Source of the DNA: Raja brachyura
Lineage: Eukaryota
DNA: 64,000 bases
Direction of reading: 5' to 3'
Assembly (NCBI GenBank): GCA_963514005.1
Contig: OY740781.1
Span: 35,526,001 to 35,590,000, forward strand
Part shown: positions 24,571-37,761 of the stretch, piece after piece
Layout of the letters: every line of letters starts with the position of its first letter
How positions within the stretch are numbered: position 1 is the first letter of the stretch
Translations under genes and position numbers: made by a program
Notes under the pieces: model-generated
What the model was told of the DNA's origin: nothing
The model's input: only the letters and a program-made list of their open reading frames with translations
Database searches by the model: none

Positions 24571-26369
24571 CGAAACATCACGTTCCTTTTCTCCAGAGAT
24601 GCTGCCTGACCTGCGGAGATCAAGTGTAGTGAAGTTAAGGATCACTAAGAGTCTGACAATTTAATAAAATTATAAGGGATTTAAATTCTTCAGTGACCTT
24701 GGTAAAAGGGGAATTTTCATTGGTGAATTCCAACTGTACATTGTTTAAATATTTAGTGTTCTGGGGTAATTTTATAAATGAGAACTTGTCTTTTGGGCTT
24801 GTTTAGGAAAAGTGAGTTTGCTTCCTAGATTATGAAAGCAGAAATTAAACTCGCAAAGCTCTCATTCAGCTTGGAATAATGACAAAAATTACTTTTCAAA
24901 ATACTGATCAAGCAGTGCACTTTAATGTGGTACAAATGTTATGATGTTTCGTTGAACATGCCTCGCCACCCATAGCTCTATGTATTGATTTGCCTGGTGG
25001 AGAATGATGCTGATGAATCCGTTCCTCAACTTCTCAATTAATCTGAGGCTGGAGTATTCTAGCCCTGTTAAATCAGAGTGGGTTATACTGTATCTCTGAT
25101 TTAATCATGCACTCCTTTGTTTGCAAGAACATGAAGAAAATATTTGTAAAATCTCGGTATTTTGCTTCTGTTAAAGGGAAATGGCCAGTGCCAGACAGGT
25201 AGATCAGTATCTTTTTTATGACAATGTAAAATGTTGTTATTTGATAATGAACTGTGGAGTTTGGCTCATCATATATTTGTCTTTTCAATTCTAATTCTTT
25301 GGTAGTGCAATGTTTGTGAAAAAATGTTTCATGACCTTCATTGAGTGTTGCTTTTGTTTGCTTTGCACTATTTCTTTCTCGGGCTGGCTAGAAAACAAAT
25401 GTCATTGTGCCTTGTGAGGTTTTGTGAATATGTAAAGTGGCACATTATCTAATATAATGGGTGCAATGATTATTTTTGTGCACTTATCCCATTGTATTTT
25501 GAGAAACTGGCATTTATGAAATAATCCTGTTGTAATTGTAAAACCATGTTTATTAAATGTTATGGAAGAATGTTTAGTGATGTTTCAATTAGATTGATTA
25601 ATTTGGGAAACTAAAACGAGAAAATATTTTATTTGCTGATTTGTTTGAGTATTCATATTTTTTTTTAAAAAGTGATGTTACGGACAATCCCTGTTCTTAA
25701 CTGGAAATGTTTAGAATTGCTGCAAATTAAGCACAGTAAAATGAAACGATGAAAATTGAGTCTGATTCTATTTTAGTTGTCAAAAAGTGGGTTTTATTTT
25801 AGACAGTTGCATTTTTGATTAGATAGATCATCAAGGCGATACTTAGAAGATATTCCCGTTGAATCGTTGAGTGAGGCCATATGGGTGAAATTGAGAAATA
25901 TGAAGGGATTGATTACTTTGATGGGATTGTGCTATCTGTCTTCGATAGTCAACATGATTTAGAGGAGGAAATATGTGGGGAGTTCACAGACACCTGCAAG
26001 AATAAGGGGGTTGTAATAGTGAGGGATTTAACTTTCTAAATATCGACTGGGACTGCTACATTGCTAAGTGCTTGCATGGGGTGGAATCAAAAGGAAATGT
26101 TGTCAATCAATATCAAGACTTGAGTGTTTAATTGTCAGAAAGTGTCGAGTCAAGTCACTTTTATTTATATAGCACATTTAAAAAACAACTCTCGTTGGCC
26201 AAAGTGCTTTACATTGGTACAAGAATAGTATAAGTGTGTAGGAAAGAACTACAGATGCTGGTTTAAATTGAAGGTAGACACAAAATGCTGGAGTCACTGA
26301 GCGGGACAGACAGCGTCTCAGGTGAGAAGGAATGAGTGACGTTTTGGATCGAGACCCTACTTCACACTG

Positions 26370-26945
26370 AGGCTTTAATTGTCATATGTGCTGACAACGG
26401 AATAATGAAATTGCTGCAGCATAACAGGCTGTAAACTCAATTAAACACATAATTTATAATAAAGCAAAAATCCAACACATTAATAAGCATGATACAAGTG
26501 CTAAAGTCCTGAGTGCTACCAAAGACAGTGCATAGAAGATCACGGTTAAGGTTGTTATTGTGTAGCATTCAAGCAATTGATTGTGTTGGGAAGAAGCTGT
26601 TCTTGAACCTGGTGGTTATGGTTTTCAGATTCCTATACCACCTTCCCGATGGTAGGAATTAAATGAGAGCGTGGCCAAAGTGGTGTGGGTTTTTGACGTC
26701 TGCTAACTTTTAGAGACGGCACCTCCAATAGTCCCTCCGATGATGGGGTGATCGGCACTTGTCATGGACTGGGCAGTGTCTCCTACTCTCTGTAATCTTC
26801 TACATTCCTGGCAGTTGAGTTGCTGAACAAGACTATGATGCAACCAGTCAGTACGCTCTCTACCATACACCTATACGAGTTCAAGAACGTATTCGTTGAA
26901 ACATCAAATATCCCCAATATATTGAGGAAACAGAGTCATTGATGC
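26370..26945 (-). mobile_element. Decayed Rex1/Babar LINE fragment
   Basis: Antisense of LPSGRWYR...TRFKNSFFP, similar to 2044-2565. Confidence 0.6.
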
Positions 26946-27029
26946 AAGTGGTGTCTAATGCATTATCCTCTGACATGTCTGTCACGTCCTAGATGATCCA
27001 ACCACCAGTCACATCTTCCCATCAATACC

Positions 27030-27860
27030 TCTTTTCACCTTCCACAGTGACCACGCCCTCTGTAATTCCATGGTTCACTCATACCTCCCGACCCAAATCA
27101 CCCTGCTTTCCCCTGCAATCACAGGAAATCCAACACCTGTATCTATATCCCCTTCCTCGCCTCCATCCATAGACGCCAGCAGTCCTTTCAGGTAAGAATG
27201 AGGTTTGCGTGCATCTCGTCTAACTTTATCTACTGCATCTGCTGTTCCCGATGTACGCTGCTGTGCATTGGTGAGACAAAGCGTAGAGTTGGCAACAGTT
27301 CTGTTGAACACCTGCACTCGGTCCGCCAAGGTCAGCAGGATCTTCCGATTGCTTTCCATTTTCACTCCTCTTCCTATTCCCATACTGACCTTGCTGTCCT
27401 GGGCTTCCTCCAGTGCCAGTGTGAGACCACACACAATCTGGAGCACCAGTTCATATTCCACTTGGGCAGCATTCATCCCACACTATGAATGTTGAATTCT
27501 CCAATATTAAGTAACTATCTCTCGCTTCTTCCCCCATATAATTTCCCCCCCCCTCCCCTCCATCATTTAGACTCACAATTATTTCTCCCCTTCCACCTAC
27601 ATTCCTTCCTCTAGCTTCACTTCGCAACTCTGCAATCCTTTTGAATTCAACCTTTTGTCAAGCCTGTAGAACCATCTGCCTTTCAAGTAACCCTCCTCAA
27701 CTGTGTTAGCCTATTACCTGCCAGACCTTGAGCTGCCCCTCCTCTCTTCAAGCCTTCTTGAGCCACCCCTCCAATCAGTCTGAAAATTAGTCCCGACCCG
27801 AAATGTCACCTATCCATGCCCTCTTGAGATGTGCTTGACCTGCTGAGCTACTCCAAGCCT
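27030..27860 (+). mobile_element. Penelope-like element (Neptune-type) GIY-YIG endonuclease remnant and tail
   Basis: ORF 27198..27488 FACISSNFIYCICCSRCTLLCIGETKRR...EHLHSV...HFHS is a GIY-YIG domain with CxxC and His residues. Confidence 0.85.
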
Positions 27861-28700
27861 GCCTGACCTTCTCGAATAGCTCAGCCCCTCAAGTCCTGGC
27901 AATATAGAAACATAGAAAATAGGTGCAGGAAGGGGCGAGCAAGCACCGCCATTCATTGTGATCATGGCTGATCGTCTCCAATCAATAACTCAATGCCTGC
28001 CTTCTCCCTTGTGAATCTACTCTGCTCTCTGTCCAACTTATTGGCAACATAAAGAGTACACCACCCAGCAGGGTGACCAAATCTGAACACAATACTTCAA
28101 ATGCAACATTAACCATAACTTAATACCCTGCCTAATAAAGGCCAATGTTCAGTTCAGTACCAACTGCTGGGTTACTTTTTTATTCTGAAAAAGGGTCCCA
28201 ACCCAAAACATCAACTATCCATGTACTCCAAATATGCTGCCTGGCCTGTTGAGTTACTCCAGCACCTTATGTCTTTTTTTTGTCAGAAGTCACCTTGTGC
28301 TGCTTATCGACCTCTGACACTACATTTATGGAACTATGTACTTACACTCCTTGATTCATTTAATGTACAGCACGCCCCAGGGCACCCCTGTTCTCTGTGA
28401 AGTTCCTGCCCTGGTTTGACTTCCCAAAATACATACTGATCTGAATTAAACACCATTGCCACTCCCTGGTCCACATGCCCAGCAGATCAAGAGCCCGCTG
28501 TAATTCTGATTACTATCTTCACTGTCTACAATGCCACCTATCTTAGTGTCCCGCGAACTTACTAATCATTCTCATCCAAGTAATTGATACAGATGGCAAA
28601 TGGCAATGGGGTCAGCATGAGTCACTGGCCTCCAGTCTGAAAAACAGCCTCCACTACCACCCTCTGCTTCCTATCATGGAACCAATTCTGTATAGAGTTA

Positions 28701-29505
28701 TGTGTAAGAAGGAACTGCAGATGCTGGTTTAAATCAAAGAGCCGGACACAAAAAGCTGGAGAAACTCAGCGGGACAGGCAGCATTTCTGGAGAGAAGGAA
28801 TGGGTGATGTTTCGGGTGGAAACCCTTCTTCAGACTGGTTTGGGATAAGGGAAATGAGAGGTATAGATGGTGATGTGGAGAGATAAAGAACAATGAATGA
28901 AAGATATGCAAAAAAGTAAGGAAACAGGCTGTTGTGACGGTTGGGGGAGGGATAGAAAGAGAGAGGGAATGCCCGGGCTACCTGAAATGATGACCCCCTT
29001 TTCCGGTCTCCAGTCCTTTTTCTATGGGAAGGAATCCTCACCACCCAGTGATGACCCCTTCTCCCATCAGAGAAGATTCACAAGGTCAGATTCGGAATGG
29101 GAGGAGGAGTTGAAGTGGTGAGCCACCGGGCGATCAGGTTCCTCCGCTTGGTTCTCAACAACCAACCTGATCTCCTGGTAGCTCAGCACTTCAACTCCTC
29201 CTCCCATTCCGAATCTGACCTTTCTGTCCTACATGGCCAGAGTGAGGTCCACCGTAAATTGGAGGAGCAGCACCTCATATTTCACTTGGGCAGTTTGCAC
29301 CCCAGCGGTATGAACATTGACTTCTCTAATTTTAGGTGGTCCGTACTATCTCCTCCTCTTCTCAGCTCTCCCTCAGCCCACTGGCTCCACCTCTTACTTT
29401 CTTCTTCCTGCCCCCCCCCCCCCCCCCCCTCTCATCAGTCTGAAGAAGGGCTTCGGCCAGAAATGTTGCCTATTTTCTTCGCTCCATAGATTCCGCCTCA
29501 CATGA
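28701..29505. mobile_element. Inverted pair of Penelope-like 3' fragments
   Basis: Minus-strand tail 28701-about 29120 joined to plus-strand GIY-YIG C-terminus (DLLVAQHFNSSSHS...KLEEQHLIFHLGSLHPSGMNIDFSNF) and tail; hammerhead-like motifs at 28807-28833 and 29440. Confidence 0.8.
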
Positions 29506-30604
29506 AGATGTATTTCCTTCATTAAGCTTTCGATAACCAATCATTGAAAACAATGCATTGGTTAAACTTAGATGATGATTGTATCAAACCATTTGAGATA
29601 TTTTCCCTTAAAAAAATACAGTTTAGGATGTAAATATTCACATGAATGAATTTTGAAATACTTCTAATAGATTTCGCAAATTGCCTCAATTATATTTAAA
29701 AAAAATCATCACAATGACTATAGATTATTTTAGCTCTTAACTGATCTTAGCTCTTAACATCCATCCTGCTGTTCAGCCGCGGCCACACTATGTTCCATGC
29801 CCAGGGCTAAATCATTAACTGGGAGTGTGTAGGATTGATATGAGCAATGGAAATTCACAGCAACATATTGAGCAGGGATGTGAAGAGATGCAAATAGACA
29901 GTTGTTGCAATGTACGCATGTTGAAGGTGCCATATTAAAGCAAGTTAGTGAATAATAGTTGTCAGTTCTAAAAAGCCAGAACAGTTGCTATATTCTTCAT
30001 GAAGGCTTATTGCAACCTGCGTAAAACTTCATAATTAATTTACACAACACATTTTGGTGTAGAAACAAAGGATTGCAGATGCTAGTTAATGCACAAAAGG
30101 ACAAAATAAAGCAAACCAGAGGCTATAATTCATTTGCAGTAGGGTTCTTTGAGACATTGTGACCTATTCAGCTCTTGACGCACCTTGTTAACCTCATGTG
30201 CTTTCAATCACAGAAGTAGCCTCCTTCATCCTCATCATTATTGCTTGGTTTTGAATCATCCTTCTTGATTTTTGATACAATCACTCATGCTTTTAACTAT
30301 TTCCACACCGCTATTCTGGATAATAGTCAGGGCTCCCCTTCCATCCAGATGAGGGACAGGGGAGAGGAGGAAGGTGTTGTTGGATTGTAAGCAACCCAAG
30401 TGGAAAATGAGGCACTGCTCCTCCAGTTTGTTTGTGGCCATACTCTGTCAATGAAAGAGGCTCAGCATGGGAATGCGAAAGGGAGTTAAAATGGTAAGCA
30501 ACTGAGAGTACCAATAGGCCTTGGCAGACCGAGAGCAAGGGGTTGACAAACGGTTGCTGAGACTATGCTTGGTCTTAAAGTCAAGTAACTGGTTCGTGAA
30601 TAAG

Positions 30605-31895
30605 TAGAACCTAGAACGGTGCTGCATGGGAACAGGCCCTTCAGCCCACAAAGTCTGTGTGGAGCATGCTGTAAAGGCCAACTCTTAAATGCCTGCATAT
30701 AATCCAGATCTCTCCATACCCTGAATATCCATGTCGCTATCCAAAAGTATATTAAATGTTACTGTCGTATCTGCGTCCACCATAACCCCAGCAGCACTTT
30801 CTAGGCACTCGCCACCCTCTGTGTGTAAAAAAAAACTTGCCCCGCACTTTGCCCCTCTTTCCTTAAAACTATGCCCTCTAGTATATGACATTTCCACCCT
30901 GGGAAAAATGTTTTGACTGTCTTCCTTCTCTATGCATCTCATAATTATATATACATAGAAACATAGAAATTAGGTGCAGGAGTAGGCCATTCGGCCCTTC
31001 GAGCCTGCACCGCCATTCAATATGATCATGGCTGAGCTGATCATCTAACTCAGTATCCCGTACCTGCCTTCACTCCATACCCTCTGATCCCCTTAGCCAC
31101 AAGGGCCACATCTAACTCCCTCTTAAATATAGCCAATGAACTGGCCTCATATACTTCAATCGTGTCTCCCATTAACCTATGGGATTCCAGTGAAAACAAC
31201 CCAAGTCTGTCAAAACTGTCCCTGAAGCTAATACCCCCCCTAATCCAGGCACCATTCTGGTAATCCTCCTCTGCACCCTTTCCAAAGCCATCACATTATT
31301 CCTGTAATGGGACGGCCAGAAATGCACATCATATTCCAAATGTTGCTTGACCAAAGTCTTATAAAACAGAATCATGACCTCCTGACACTTGTACTCAATG
31401 TCCTGACCAATGAAGACAAGTATACCATATGCCTTCTTTACCACTCTATCTACTTGTGTTGCCATTTCCAGGAATTTATCCTTCTGTAGATTAATGCAGT
31501 TAATGGTCTTATATGGCCATATATTTTCCCCTTGAATTCAACTTCCCAAACTCAACACCTCACTTACTCAGCTTAAACTCCATCTTCCATGTCTGTAGCT
31601 GATCTGTACCCTGCTGTATACTTTGACAATCATCCTCACAGTCCATGACCCCAGCACTTTTAGTATCATCTACAAATGTACTAACTGACTCACCTACATT
31701 CACGCCCAAGCCATTTATATCACAAACAAGAGGTTCTTGTGGAACTCCACTGGTTTCAGACCTTCAGTGTGAATTTTCTCCTTCCACCACAACTGTCAGT
31801 AAACCAGTTCTGAATCGATACGATCAAGTCACTGTTAATCCAGTGCATCTTAATCTTCCGGAAAAGCCTACCTTGGGAGACTTTATCAAATGCTT
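30605..31895 (-). mobile_element. Older CR1 LINE fragment with a younger CR1 tail nested at 30955-31148
   Basis: ORFs 30685..30942 and 31172..31465 (QVDRVVKKAYGIL.FI...LERVQRR.TRM.PGL). Confidence 0.8.
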
Positions 31896-32109
31896 AACTG
31901 TTCAATTGTGGTTTCAATAGGAACCTGAGGAGCAACCTTTTTATACAAAGGATGGTGGGAATATGGAATTAACTGCCAGAGGAGGTAGTTGAGGCAGATA
32001 CTATCACAATGTTTAAAAATATCTGGACAAGTACATGGATAGGATAGGTTTAGAAGTCTTTGACTCTGACATCGGGAGGAGAATGGGGGGTGCAAGGGAG
32101 AGATAAGAC

Positions 32110-32424
32110 TCTCCAGAACAAGGGGTCACAGTCTAAGGATAAGGGGGAATTCCTTTAGGACCGAAATGAGGAAAACATTCTTTACACAGAGAGTGGTGAG
32201 TCTCTGGAATTCTCTGCCACAGAAGGTAGTTGAGGCCAGTTCATTGGCTATATTTAAGAGGGCGTTAGATGTGGCACTTGTGACTAAAGGGATCAGGGGG
32301 TATGGAGAGAAGGCAGGTACGGGATACTGAGTTGGATGATCAGCCATGATCACATTGAATGGCGGTGCAGGCTCGAAGGGCCGAATGGCCTACTCCTGCA
32401 CCTATTTTCTATGTTTCTATGTTT
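32110..32424 (+). mobile_element. Young CR1/HER1-like 3' fragment
   Basis: Nearly identical to the reverse complement of 49120-49435; ends in tttctatgtttctatg tail. Confidence 0.9.
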
Positions 32425-32599
32425 GCCTTCCATCACAGTGAGGAGGAGATTCACTGTGATGGATGCTTGTGTAAATTGTGTTGTGTCTTGGTTCTTTTCT
32501 TGTTTGTATGACTGCAGAAACTAAATTTAGTTTGAACCTCAATGAGGTTCAAATGACAATAAACGGTATTGTATTGTATTGTATGTTGATGAGTCAGAG

Positions 32600-33421
32600 T
32601 ATAGAAGTAAGATCGACAAATTGACTAAATGGTGACAGCACAACAACCTGGCTCACAACACCAGTAAAACCAAGGAACTGATTGTGGAGTTTCGAAGAGG
32701 TAGGATAGGGATCCACAATCCCGTTTATATCCCGACGGTAGAGAGGGTCAAAAACTTCAAATTCCTGGGCGTGCACATTTCCGAAGATCTTTCCTGGTCC
32801 CAGCACACTGATACAATTATAAAGAAGGCACATCAGCACCTCTACTTCCTGAGAAGATTATGGAGAGTCGTTATGTCAAGGAGAACTCTCTCGAACTTCT
32901 ACAGGTGTACAGTAGAGAGCATACTAACTGGCTGCATCGTGGCCTGGTTTGGTAACTTGAGCGTACAGGTGCGGAAAAGAATGCAGAAAGTTGTGACTAC
33001 TGCCCAGTCCATCACCGACTTTGACGTCCCCACCATCGAAGGGATCTATCGCAGTCGCTACCTCAAAAAGGTTGCCAACATCATCAAAGATCCACACCAT
33101 CCTGGTCATACACTCATCTCACTGTTGCCATCAGGAAGAAGGTACAGGAGCCTAACATCTGTAACATCCAGATTCAGGAACAGCTGCTTCCCCACAGCCA
33201 TCAGGCTATTAAACATGACATCAAATAAGCTCTGAACAATAACAGTCTATTATTATTGTTTGCACTTTATCTGTTTATTTATTGTGGTCTATGGTATATA
33301 GACACACTGAACTTTTATCTTCCACTTTGTATTATGTTTACATATTCTGTTGTGCTGCAGAAAGTAGCAATTTCATTGTCCTATCTGGGACACATGACAA
33401 TACAATTCTCTTGACTCTTGA
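32600..33421 (+). mobile_element. Rex1/Babar-type LINE 3' fragment
   Basis: ORF 32684..33235 (FKFLGVHISEDLSW...KKAHQHLYFLRRL...LLPSGRRYRS). Confidence 0.88.
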
Positions 33422-33578
33422 CCAAATGAAGGAAGGTGGGACTGTTGTTGATGGGGCATGCTGGTCGCCATGGGCAGGTTGGGCTGAAGGGCTAGTTTTC
33501 ACGCTGTATATACTGAACGCAAGTTGCCTTTTAATCTGGATATATATTTTGAAGTTTTGAGATTTGTACTATAATTAG

Positions 33579-33848
<270 letters not shown>

Positions 33849-34873
33849 TGACAAAATACATTTTCAATTTCTATATTGAAACATATCAAATTTGTATTTA
33901 TCGTTGCATGAAATAAAGAGTAAGTATATGGTGACTTTGGATTGGCAGAAGATTTCCTGAGATATTACACAGGCTGTGATGTATTATAGAGTCATTGTCA
34001 TGACATCTTAATGTTGTTCTTTCTCTGTTCACTTTGATTCTGTCTGTCCTTGTCCCTACCTTTCTTTTGTTTTCTCCCCCTCCACAGAACAGTTTATTTC
34101 TCCTATTTATTTATTTATTCAATTTTGTTCTTAATGTTTGTATTGGTAGGGAAAATTGTAGTAGCACTTAACCACATAGGTTTGTTTTCTCCCTTGCTTT
34201 CTCCCTCTCCTCCCAATTTTAATCCTTACCCCAATGCCTCTTCACCCATCCTAACCACATGAGGGCAGATAAGAGAGCAGAGATTCTCTCATCCCTAACC
34301 AGTTTTCCCCTACTGTCCCTAATATTTTCAATAAATTCAACATAAAAAATACTGGAATAAAGACATTTTGGCTCTGTCTTTCTTTTAAATGCCACCTAGT
34401 GACATTTTTTTAAAACAGTCTGTTCACCACCACAATATATTTAATTCCCCAATAGTTGGTTCTCTCCTTTTTTTTCCTGTTACTCTTAATGCCTTATCTT
34501 ACCTTTCTATTTTTCCTCCTGCCTGGGTCTCCTTTATTGTACAATAACTATTTTTGTGGAGAATATCAGACATCTATACCAGTTTATTGCATTCATTTGT
34601 TTTAAGAGCTGGAAGATACTTTTTTTAATTAAGATTATTAAGAAAAAAACTTGCAGGAAGTAATAAATGCCATTATATTTTGTAGGTTGACTATTTTATT
34701 CTAGAATAGTTACTTTGATAACCTTTTGAAAAGCAGATTGTGTGCTTGTTTTTTTTTAATAATGAGACCCAGAGCATCATAAGCTTAATTTACTGTAGTT
34801 TAAAATGAATCACAAACGACTTTATTGACAGAAATCTTTGATTATCTGTTTAATTATCAAAACCTGATTTTAA

Positions 34874-35050
<177 letters not shown>

Positions 35051-35374
35051 TGAGTAAATTAGTAATTGGAAGAAATTGAATTTGTGGTAAAACCTATATA
35101 ATAGGGGTGGCAGAGTGGCGCGAGGGATGATAGATTATTCTTAGCATTTTTAAGCTAAGAAGATATGTAAATTGATACCGCTGGAGTTAACCTTTTCTAG
35201 AAGAAACACTTTTCAATGAATGGAGCACATTCGAATGCTGCAATTGAATGGAATGTTTTCAGTTCTAAGAACAAAACACTAATTTGCAGAGTTCATATTG
35301 CATTTGCAGAGTTCATATTAAGGCATTGACTAATCCCGCATGGAGATGATTTGTATTGGTTCAATGATTAGAAT

Positions 35375-35640
35375 TTAGAGACACTGCATGGAAACAGGCC
35401 CTATGGCCCACCGAGCCCAAGCCAACCAACAATCAGTAGTATCTTATACACTAGGGACAATTACAGAAACAGATTAACCTACAAACCTGAAATGTGGGAG
35501 GAAACCAGAGTACCCGGAGAAAACCTACACGGTCGCAGGGAATACATACAAACTCTGTAGACAGCACCCAGAGACAAGATCATACCTTGGTCTCCGGCGC
35601 TGTGAGGCAGCAATTCTACCGCTGCGCCACTATGCAGCCC
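35375..35640 (-). mobile_element. V-SINE/HE1-like SINE
   Basis: Antisense of the SINE at 51597-51900 including the tRNA-like head. Confidence 0.75.
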
Positions 35641-36888
35641 CAATTATTTTTAAGTGAATCTGGTTATCTCATCACCGAACAATATTTTCCTCTTTGAGAA
35701 GACAGGGTGAACAAAGAGCATGATTCTAGATTTCAGAAATTCATTATTGGGTAAATGAAATTGAGGCTGTTTTATTTTGCAAAAGAGATTCCAAAGTACC
35801 ATAATAGAAATGTTCAAGTTTTTATCTTAAAAATATTACAGCACATAAATAAGCCATTTAGCATGGATTGTTTGTTCATGCTGGCTCATTATGGGGCAAT
35901 CTGTTCTGTCTCCATTTTCAAGAGTTAAGAGTGATTAATTGTCATCAACCCGAAATAGAATAATTAAATTATTACTAGTACAATTTTGCAGTCAGATTTA
36001 AACATAGCGTGAAAAATAAATATAGAATAAATTATCAGTTAGCCTAGGTAAATCAGACCATGAGAGTTCAAACCAAAATACAAGGAAACTTTTCAGGTTA
36101 TCTCCCCTAAAGTGGTCAGTGCTGTTTTAATTTAGAATTGGGAGTGTTTGATGGAAAACTTATTTATACTGTACCAATAAATCAGAGTTTGATACCAGAA
36201 GTCCATGATTGTGCAAGCTAAAGTATTATGAGACCTCAGACTGGCACAAAAGGCTGGAGCAACTCAGCGGGTTAACTCAGCAACCATAATCAAGGAAATG
36301 TGGGGAACAAAATAGGCCGTTGCCTTTTGCATATTTATTCCATTTATTTCTCCTGTGTACTGTTATATCTCTGGTTTCTCTTTCCCCTGACTCTCAGTCT
36401 GAAGGTCTTGACCCGCAACATCACCTATTCCTTTTCTCCAGAGATGCTGCCTGACCCGCTGAGTTATTCCAGTCTTTGTGTCTGTCTTTAAACCACCTAC
36501 ACATCTTATGAGACCTTGCAAATTATTCCCCCATAAATGATGAAAACTATGATTGAATCTGTTTTCATTACCAATGTCGAGTCAAGAACAATCTTTGTCA
36601 CAAATATCTACACAAGTTATCTTGGAATCAAAATGATATTGTAGTCCCAAAGAAAATACTCCCATTGTTGCAATGGTCCCACTGAGTTCAGACAATTTGG
36701 ATGTAATATTCTGCAAAATTCTGGGACATTTATTTTGTTCTTTCTGCTTTTGCTAAAGTTAGTGTAGATTGGTTACTGCATGTGCACCAATTAGAGTAAT
36801 GTACTAACACTAGCTGCACCTTGTAAAAGCCAGTGCATGGTTAGTGCATGTGCACCAATCAGAGTAATGTACTAACACTAGCTCCACC

Positions 36889-37575
36889 GTGGTAATAGCT
36901 AGCTTCTTTCAGCTTTGGATGATAGCTAAAATAAAGCAATTCCTCCAGTTTGATGACCTAGAAAAGATCATCCATATATTTATCTCCTCCCGCCTAGATT
37001 ACTGCAACTCCCTTTACACTGGCATCAGCCAATTTTCCCTGTCCCGCCTGCAACTGGTCCAAAACGCCGCAGCGAGACTCCTGACGGGCACCCGAAAAAG
37101 GGATCATATCACCCCGATCCTGGCCTCTCTCCACTGGCTCCCTGTGCGGTTCCGACTAAATTTCAAGACCCTCCTCTTTGTCTACAAAGCCCTCAATAGG
37201 CTTGCACCCACCTACATTAAAAGTCTTCTCACCCACTACACCACCTCCAGGTCCCTCAAATCGGCCGACTTGGGGTTGCTGAATGTCCCGCAGTCTAGGC
37301 ATAAGCTCGGGGCAACCGCACCTTTGAGATCGCAGCTCCTAGACTGTGGAACAGCATCCCCCCCCTCATTAGAACTGCCCCCTCCATCGACTCCTTTAAG
37401 TCTAGTCTAAAAACGTATCTGTTCTCCCAAGCCTTTCCTGACGTCCTCTGAGTGAGGGCTATTTGTATATATGTATGTAGCCTGCTTGTGTATACTACAC
37501 TTATAACAAATGTAAAGCACTTTGGTCAACGAAAGTTGTTTTTTAAATGTGCTATATAATTAAATGTGACTTGAC
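36889..37575 (+). mobile_element. L2-type LINE 3' fragment inserted in the Gypsy 5' LTR
   Basis: ORF 36889..37410 (FISSRLDYCNSLY.G...LQLVQNAAARLL...HITPILASLHWLPV); LTR sequence resumes directly after the tail. Confidence 0.92.
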
Positions 37576-37711
37576 CTTACTGTACACTTTATATCAACAC
37601 TCACGTAGTTACTCCGGTGGTAGAGATGAACTAACAACGTATTGTACTGCACCATGACTGATGATTAAAGCTGACTTTGAACACCAGACTGTGTCTGTAC
37701 AGTTATTTACA

Positions 37712-37761
37712 TGATGTCAGAAGTGGGATTCAAACCCACGCCTCCAATTGGAGACCAGAAC
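37712..37761 (-). other. 50-nt copy of the 3' part of tRNA-Leu(CAA) at the PBS position (not a tRNA gene)
   Basis: Reverse complement GTTCTGGTCTCCAATTGGAGGCGTGGGTTTGAATCCCACTTCTGACATCA folds as anticodon 3' strand, long variable arm, T-arm, acceptor strand and (T)CA; matches recalled vertebrate tRNA-Leu(CAA). Confidence 0.85.

Noticed and set aside
23957-24664. 220- and 215-aa ORFs
   Set aside because: GC-rich sequence open by composition; the end runs into a Penelope tail; no recognisable domain.
37712-37761. tRNA gene
   Set aside because: Only the 3' part is present (no D-arm/A box), it includes the CCA position and abuts an LTR; treated as primer-derived.
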